Shown here: positions 58,753-64,000 of the stretch, in pieces
Layout of the letters: every line of letters starts with the position of its first letter
How positions within the stretch are numbered: the stretch's first letter is position 1
DNA from: a bacterium
GTDB lineage: Bacteria; Patescibacteriota; Minisyncoccia; Phycocordibacterales; VMGT01
Direction of reading: 5' to 3'
DNA length: 64,000 bases
Assembly (NCBI GenBank): GCA_030697645.1
Contig: JAUYPI010000003.1
Span: forward strand, 318 to 64,317
Notes under the pieces: generated by a model
What the model was told of the DNA's origin: nothing
The model's input: the letters and a program-made list of their open reading frames with translations, nothing else
Database searches by the model: none
Position numbers and translations under genes: made by a program

Positions 58753-61700
58753 ATGATGGTACGACTCTACCGTCATGTCATCGGAGAGTGTCCCGCTTTT
58801 GAGGATTGTTTTTACATCGACTTCCTCTCGGCTCCTAATACGCAACAGACCGCGCTCATGAGATGGCTCCTCACCGAGCCACTCACCACAGTCTCCGAGG
58901 AGTCTTGCTTCGGTGATCTTGATGTCGTCGAGATCGGTCCGCGGCTCTCTGCCGAGACACCGTTCTCTTCAAACGCGGTTGCAATCTGTGTCTCAATGGG
59001 GCTTTCCGTGCGGCGAATCGAGCGGTCGGTTCGTTATTGTTACGGCGATGGCCTGGGCATATCGCGAACGCCAAATCGGGACGAGGTGCTGCAGCAACAC
59101 CTTGATCGCATGAGAGAGACGGTCTATCCGTCGACACTCACGACGTTTGACTCATGTCTCAAACCGGAGCCGGTGAGCTTCGTTCAGCTGCTTGAAGGCG
59201 AGGATGCCTTGCGAGACGCGAACAAAAAGCTCGGCCTCGGCATGGATGACTGGGATATCGTCTACTACAGAAAGCTGTTCCAGCGCCTCGGACGCAATCC
59301 GACCGACGTTGAGCTGTTCCAGATCGGCAATGCAAACTCCGAACATAGCAGGCACTGGTTCTTCCGTGGTATCCAGGCGATCGACGGCAAGGAAATGCCG
59401 GAGAGCCTCATGGATGTCGTGCGGGAGCCGTGGCAGCGCAGTGCAGGAAATAGCATCACCGCGTTCAAGGACAACGCCGGCGTGATACGGGGTGTCGAAG
59501 TTTTAGCGTTTGCTCCTACCAAACAGGGGCAACCGTCCCCGTTTGGGACCGTCGAGGTGCTCCAGCATATCACAGCGACGGCGGAGACACACAACCATCC
59601 GACGCTCATCGCGCCATTCCCTGGTGCCGAGACCGGTACCGGCGGGCGGATCCGCGACAATCGGGCGGTGGGTCGAGGCGGTCTTGTTCACGCGGGGCTT
59701 GCGGGCTACTCTGTGGGTAATCTGCATATCCCCGGATTCGAGATCCCGGGGGAGGCGGCACGCGGCGAAGACAGTCGCTCTGCGGCGACCCCGCTTGAGA
59801 TCCTCATTCGGGGTAGCGACGGCATCTCTGACTACGGTAATAAAATCGGTGAGCCACTCATCGGAGGGTTTACGCGATCGTTCGGCCAGATGTTCAATCG
59901 TGAACGTCGCGAATTCAGAAAACCGGTTCTCTACAGTGCCGGTTTCGGACGCATCAGAGATATGCACGTCGCCAAGCAGCAGCCGGAGAGGGGTATGCTT
60001 ATCGTGCGCATCGGTGGCCCAGCATACCGGATCGGTGTTGGGGGCGGCAGTGCCTCAAGCATGATCCACGGACATCAAGATGAGGAGCTCGACTTCAAGT
60101 CGGTACAGCGCGGTAATGCCGAAATGGAAAACAGGGCCAATCGGGTCATCCAAGCGTGCGCCGAAATGGGCACGGTCAATCCGATTGAGAGCATCCACGA
60201 CCAAGGAGCCGGTGGCCCCAGCAATGTCCTCACGGAGTTGATGGAACCGGCTGGCGGCACGGTCGACATCCGCAAGATCATCGTGGGCGACACAACCATG
60301 TCCGTTCTCGAGATTTGGGTTGCTGAATATCAAGAGGGGTACGGCTTACTCGTGCGACCGGAGAATATCGAGGTGTTCCAGTCGATCTGTACGCGCGAGC
60401 GCGTGAACTGCGAAGTGTTGGGCCTTATCACCGGCGACGGCACTGTTGTCGTCGAGGATTCCGCCGATGGCACGACGCCGGTTAATCTCTCCCTCAAAGA
60501 AATCCTGGGGGAGTTGCCCCGGAAGCGGTTTGAATCGAATCGCCCGCATGTGGCATTGCAGTCACTCGTGATCCCGGAAGGGCTCACGGTGGACGAAGCT
60601 CTGCGGCTGGTGTTTTTGCTTCCTCACGTCGGTTCCAAGGGCTTCTTGGTTCGGAAAGTGGATCGCTCGGTCACGGGCTTGGTGGCGAGGCAGCAGTGCT
60701 GTGGGCCGACCCAAGTGCCGGTCGCTGACGCGGCAGTTACCGCTGATGGCTATTTTGGTTTCACCGGAGCGGCATCCGCCCTCGGCGAGGCGCCGATCAA
60801 GATGCTCATTGATCCGAAGAAAGGCGCTCGCATGGCGGTCGCAGAAATGCTCACCAACCTCGCAAGTGTCCGCATCACCACACTCTCGGACGTGAAGTGC
60901 CGCGCCAACTGGATGTGGGCGGCAAAGCAACCGGGGGAAGGCGCGCTGCTCTATGAAGCCGCCGTCGCAATGCGAGACTTCATGGTTCGACTCGGTATCG
61001 CTAGCGACGGAGGCAAGGATAGTCTTTCTATGGAGACGGTAGTCGGGAAAAGTCTCGTGATTTCGCCTGGTGAGTTGGTCGTCATGGGCTACGCACCGGT
61101 ACCAGACGTGAGAAAGGTGGTCACTCCCGATTTTAAGGGAAGTGGCTGTCTTGGCTACGTCAACCTCTCTGGCTCGTACTCGCGGCTCGGTGGTTCTGCG
61201 CTCGCCGAGGTGCTCGGGCAGGTGGGAGACGAGACTCCGGACGTCGACGCATCGTATCTCGCAGCTGCTTTCGCGGCTGTGCAGGAGCTGATCGAGAAAG
61301 GTCTGATTACCGCGTACCACGATGTGAGTGACGGCGGACTCATCACTGCCGTTACGGAAATGTGCATGGCGGGCAACCGCGGCGCGCGTCTTCAGTGCAA
61401 GGAGGGCATAGATCCCCTTTCAGTGCTTTTTTGCGAAGAGGCGGGTATGCTGTTTGAGTTCGAAGCGAAGTCAGAGGGAGCAATCACGCGCGTGACGCAT
61501 ACTCATGGCGTGCATTATGATCAAATTGGGACAGTCGGTTCCAGCCCTGGAGGCAGCCTGCACATCGAGAGAGGTCGAACCACATTGCTTGATCGCAGTG
61601 TGGTGGACCTCAGAAAGTGGTGGGAAGCGACGAGCACTGCGCTCGAGAAGCTCCAGGCCAATCGAGAAACGGTAGAAGCCGAGAGCAGAAGTCATGGAGA

Positions 61701-62565
61701 GGTGAGGACTGTCGAATATCACCTCTCCTTCATACCGAAAGCCCGGAGCGTGCGCACGACGCACCGCCCAAAGGTTGCGATTTTGCGTGAGGAAGGAACC
61801 AATGGCGATCGGGAGATGGCCGCGGCCTGTTTCACCGTCGGCTTCGAGCCGTGGGACATCACGATGAGCGATCTCTTCGACGGAAGGGTAACGACGCTCG
61901 ACACTATGCGCGGCGTTATTTTCCCCGGCGGGTTTTCGTTCGCAGATGTTTTCGGAAGCGCGAAGGGCTGGGCTGGCCCAATCCGATTCAATCCAAGCGT
62001 GAGCGAAATCTTTGACCGGTTCTATGACCGGCCGGATACCTTCTCGCTCGGCGTCTGCAATGGCTGCCAGTTAATGGCGAACATTGGCTGGTTGCCATGG
62101 AAAGGCATTTCGGAGGACGCACAGCCTCGATTCGTTCACAATACATCAGGGCGTTTCGAGTCTCGGTGGGCGGCGGTGAAGGTGTTGCCGAGCCCGTCGA
62201 TTTTGATGCGTGGCATGGAAGATTCGGTGCTCGGCATTCATGTCGCACACGGCGAAGGGCGGATGTTATTTCCGGATCCGCGCATCATGGGGGAAATCCG
62301 AGAGCGGCAACTTGTCCCGCTTGTCTATGTCGATGTAGAAGGCAAAGCCACCGAAGAGTATCCATACGATCCAAACGGATCGCCCTTAGGATGGACGGCT
62401 CTCTCGTCGCCGGACGGCAGGCATCTTGCGATGATGCCGCACCCAGAGCGCAGCTTCCTAACGTGGCAATGGCCGTGGATGCCGGAGAAGTGGCGTACCA
62501 CGCTCAAGGCCTCGCCGTGGCTCGAGATGTTCCAGAACGCCTGCGACTGGTGCTCTAAGGGCTAG
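58753..62565 (+). CDS. purL: phosphoribosylformylglycinamidine synthase, large single-chain type
   Basis: 1270 aa. AIRS-like domains plus C-terminal class I glutamine amidotransferase (LGVCNGCQLM). AAGGAGG RBS. Confidence 0.9.
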   Translation: MMVRLYRHVIGECPAFEDCFYIDFLSAPNTQQTALMRWLLTEPLTTVSEESCFGDLDVVEIGPRLSAETPFSSNAVAICVSMGLSVRRIERSVRYCYGDGLGISRTPNRDEVLQQHLDRMRETVYPSTLTTFDSCLKPEPVSFVQLLEGEDALRDANKKLGLGMDDWDIVYYRKLFQRLGRNPTDVELFQIGNANSEHSRHWFFRGIQAIDGKEMPESLMDVVREPWQRSAGNSITAFKDNAGVIRGVEVLAFAPTKQGQPSPFGTVEVLQHITATAETHNHPTLIAPFPGAETGTGGRIRDNRAVGRGGLVHAGLAGYSVGNLHIPGFEIPGEAARGEDSRSAATPLEILIRGSDGISDYGNKIGEPLIGGFTRSFGQMFNRERREFRKPVLYSAGFGRIRDMHVAKQQPERGMLIVRIGGPAYRIGVGGGSASSMIHGHQDEELDFKSVQRGNAEMENRANRVIQACAEMGTVNPIESIHDQGAGGPSNVLTELMEPAGGTVDIRKIIVGDTTMSVLEIWVAEYQEGYGLLVRPENIEVFQSICTRERVNCEVLGLITGDGTVVVEDSADGTTPVNLSLKEILGELPRKRFESNRPHVALQSLVIPEGLTVDEALRLVFLLPHVGSKGFLVRKVDRSVTGLVARQQCCGPTQVPVADAAVTADGYFGFTGAASALGEAPIKMLIDPKKGARMAVAEMLTNLASVRITTLSDVKCRANWMWAAKQPGEGALLYEAAVAMRDFMVRLGIASDGGKDSLSMETVVGKSLVISPGELVVMGYAPVPDVRKVVTPDFKGSGCLGYVNLSGSYSRLGGSALAEVLGQVGDETPDVDASYLAAAFAAVQELIEKGLITAYHDVSDGGLITAVTEMCMAGNRGARLQCKEGIDPLSVLFCEEAGMLFEFEAKSEGAITRVTHTHGVHYDQIGTVGSSPGGSLHIERGRTTLLDRSVVDLRKWWEATSTALEKLQANRETVEAESRSHGEVRTVEYHLSFIPKARSVRTTHRPKVAILREEGTNGDREMAAACFTVGFEPWDITMSDLFDGRVTTLDTMRGVIFPGGFSFADVFGSAKGWAGPIRFNPSVSEIFDRFYDRPDTFSLGVCNGCQLMANIGWLPWKGISEDAQPRFVHNTSGRFESRWAAVKVLPSPSILMRGMEDSVLGIHVAHGEGRMLFPDPRIMGEIRERQLVPLVYVDVEGKATEEYPYDPNGSPLGWTALSSPDGRHLAMMPHPERSFLTWQWPWMPEKWRTTLKASPWLEMFQNACDWCSKG

Positions 62566-62589
62566 CTCTACTCGCGTGTCTATCCTTCG

Positions 62590-62621
62590 CACCCCCGGCT
62601 ACGAGTACAGTCGGGGGTGCT
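62590..62621 (+). terminator. hairpin terminator after purL
   Basis: GCACCCCCGGCTACGAGTACAGTCGGGGGTGC. Confidence 0.5.
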
Positions 62622-62745
62622 CTCTGTAATCACAGGAAGGTGGAACGCGCGTAGGGCCTTTTCATTTGACGTATTTTTGGTAGAGTAGAGTGAGTCGAAG
62701 TAGATATTGTGAAGATGCCCCAGACGCAGAGTGGTGGGCAACATT

Positions 62746-62786
62746 GCCGAAGTAACTCAGTTGGTAGAGCAATGCTTTCAATAAAC
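62746..62786 (+). pseudogene. tRNA 5' fragment (acceptor + D arm + 5' anticodon stem only)
   Basis: GCCGAAGTAACTCAGTTGGTAGAGCAATGCTTTCAATAA. The first 24 nt are near-identical to tRNA-Thr(CGT) at 63280; then it diverges into AT-rich DNA. Confidence 0.5.
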
Positions 62787-62800
62787 AACCACTTCTAATA

Positions 62801-62828
62801 TTGACACTGGTCGTAAGTCCTATATACT
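62801..62828 (+). promoter_or_regulatory. sigma70-like promoter TTGACA-16-TATACT for the HNH gene
   Basis: Consensus hexamers 7 bp upstream of ATG 62835. Confidence 0.5.
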
Positions 62829-62834
62829 GGATTT

Positions 62835-63272
62835 ATGCCAATGTCTAAAAAACATAGAACGAGTTGTCTTGACTGCGGTAAAGAAACAGCTCGTGCAGGA
62901 TATAAATACTGCAGCAATGCCTGCCAAATTGAATATCAACATAAAGCTTGTATCAAAAAATGGAAAGACGGAGAAGAGAGTGGGTTACAAGGTCTCGGTA
63001 TCGTTTCAGGGTATATTAAAAGATATTTGCGGAGAAAGTTTGGAAATAGGTGTTGCTTATGCGGATGGGCAGAGATTAATCCTAAAACCAAGCAGGTTCC
63101 CCTAGTTGCTGACCACATTGACGGTAATTGGCGTAATAATATTGAAAGTAATCTTCGCCTACTTTGCCCCAATTGTGATTCGCTGACTCCTACATATGCA
63201 GGATTAAATAGGGGGAACGGCAGGAAAGGTCGAGCACTGAGCAAAAGAGCGAAAGAAGGTCGTTGTTGTTAG
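62835..63272 (+). CDS. HNH endonuclease (free-standing, homing-endonuclease-like), AT-rich
   Basis: N-terminal CxxC...CxxC zinc knuckle. HNH core CCLCGW...ADHIDGNWRNN...LRLLCPNCD. Confidence 0.75.
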   Translation: MPMSKKHRTSCLDCGKETARAGYKYCSNACQIEYQHKACIKKWKDGEESGLQGLGIVSGYIKRYLRRKFGNRCCLCGWAEINPKTKQVPLVADHIDGNWRNNIESNLRLLCPNCDSLTPTYAGLNRGNGRKGRALSKRAKEGRCC

Positions 63273-63279
63273 CGAATAA

Positions 63280-63355
63280 GCCGGAGTAACTCAGTTGGTA
63301 GAGTAGCTGCTTCGTAAGCAGCAAGTCGGGAGTTCGAGCCTCCCCTCCGGCTCCA
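63280..63355 (+). tRNA. tRNA-Thr (anticodon CGT)
   Basis: GCCGGAG...anticodon stem GCTGC/GCAGC, loop TTCGTAA, T-arm GGGAG-TTCGAGC-CTCCC, CCA. Confidence 0.85.
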
Positions 63356-63384
63356 CAATTAGACCTGTCCGTTTTTGACCAACG

Positions 63385-63455
63385 AATCAATGGGCGGCAC
63401 GAAGTGCCGCCCATTGATTGATAACATACCCTGGGGCTCTGCCCCAGGGTACTCG
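63385..63455. terminator. two hairpins between convergent tRNA-Thr and the MFS gene
   Basis: CAATGGGCGGCACGAAGTGCCGCCCATTG and CCCTGGGGCTCTGCCCCAGGG. Confidence 0.5.
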
Positions 63456-63519
63456 ATTTGCTTCATAAATTCAAAGAACAAAGAATGTGCCGCCCCGTGG
63501 ACCCGTGGTGCGGGGCGTT

Positions 63520-64000
63520 CTACCGCGTATCCTTGAGCGAGAGGGCAAGCGGCACGCCGAGGAGCATGAGGAGGCCGAGAGCGACAAATATGAAGCGGAG
63601 GTCAAGTGCGGCGAGAAAAATCGTGGCGAATGCGGGGCCGACAAGGTAGCCGAGAGGTACCGTGCCTCGATAGAGCGAGATCAGATGCACGTCAGTCTCA
63701 TTGATATGCTTGAAGAAGTAGGACTCATTCATGATCTCAACTGCGGCAGCGCCGACGCGGGTGAGGCAGAGCAGAACGCCCCAGATCAGCACACCGCCTC
63801 CAGTGATAAACGAGAGCATCGCGGTTCCAAGCCCCATCACGCCGAACCCAACGGCAAGTATCTCTTTCTCACCAAGTAATCGGTCCGCGAGGCGGCCGAG
63901 AGGATACTGAAGCAAGATGAACGGCACGAGCATCACGGTAAAGAGAATGCCGATCGTGCTCCAGCTGAAGCCGATATATTTGTGAAGGTAGATCGGGGCG
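63520..64000 (-). CDS. MFS transporter, C-terminal part (gene continues beyond window end)
   Basis: Reading frame stays open upstream of the listed start through position 64000. Multiple TM helices. Confidence 0.6.
   Translation of the reverse strand, partial: APIYLHKYIGFSWSTIGILFTVMLVPFILLQYPLGRLADRLLGEKEILAVGFGVMGLGTAMLSFITGGGVLIWGVLLCLTRVGAAAVEIMNESYFFKHINETDVHLISLYRGTVPLGYLVGPAFATIFLAALDLRFIFVALGLLMLLGVPLALSLKDTR

Overview
The window is gene-dense and mostly GC-rich (~60-65% in coding regions), with several AT-rich islands, and looks like a Candidate-Phyla-Radiation-type bacterium. The support is a ribosomal-protein cluster S19→L15 that lacks L30, followed not by secY but by a 23S rRNA gene of about 7.5 kb that carries many insertions, and then a 5S rRNA.

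Content in order:
- 1-3100 (AT-rich): uppS 3' part; tRNA-Phe; a large serine recombinase bracketed by perfect 108-bp inverted repeats; a convergent tRNA-Leu.
- 3150-6121: an ALDH-family dehydrogenase and a secreted Hint-domain protein.
- 6418-10947: RNase J, a family-5 solute-binding protein and secG.
- 11116-14706: a cohesin-like / dockerin protein pair flanked by long hairpin repeats.
- 14903-21939: a response regulator / PAS histidine kinase / PAS trio; DUF2283; Hsp20; PrsW; valS.
- 22330-30240: rpsS-rplV-rpsC-rplP-rpmC-rpsQ-rplN-rplX-rplE-rpsZ-rpsH-rplF-rplR-rpsE-rplO.
- 30861-38340: 23S rRNA with two IVS-like insertions, at least ten copies of a ~65-nt palindromic mini-insert, an ~545-bp insertion holding a divergent copy of a domain-V segment, and five group I introns. 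One intron carries a LAGLIDADG endonuclease; another carries a two-gene cassette of unknown function with strong Shine-Dalgarno sites.
- 38600-38718: 5S rRNA.
- 38987-53750: purD, an FtsW/RodA homologue, a GT4 glycosyltransferase, a sugar phosphotransferase, a folate block (thyA-folA-glyA ... folD), a PAP2 phosphatase and secD.
- 53753-62565: a secreted hypothetical, a type IV pilin, ftsH (bracketed by inverted 38-bp repeats), rpmG, tRNA-Trp, tRNA-Thr and large purL.
- 62746-64000: a tRNA 5' fragment, a promoter-driven HNH endonuclease, tRNA-Thr(CGT), and the end of an MFS transporter.

The dominant unexplained signal is a set of at least six sequence families of modular palindromic elements, each with arms of tandem 9-12-bp motifs around a GC-rich CGACG core. 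They fill nearly every intergenic spacer, usually ending a few bases before a start codon, and they also occur inside an rRNA intron and, in-frame, inside the glycosyltransferase gene.

No CRISPR array was seen.
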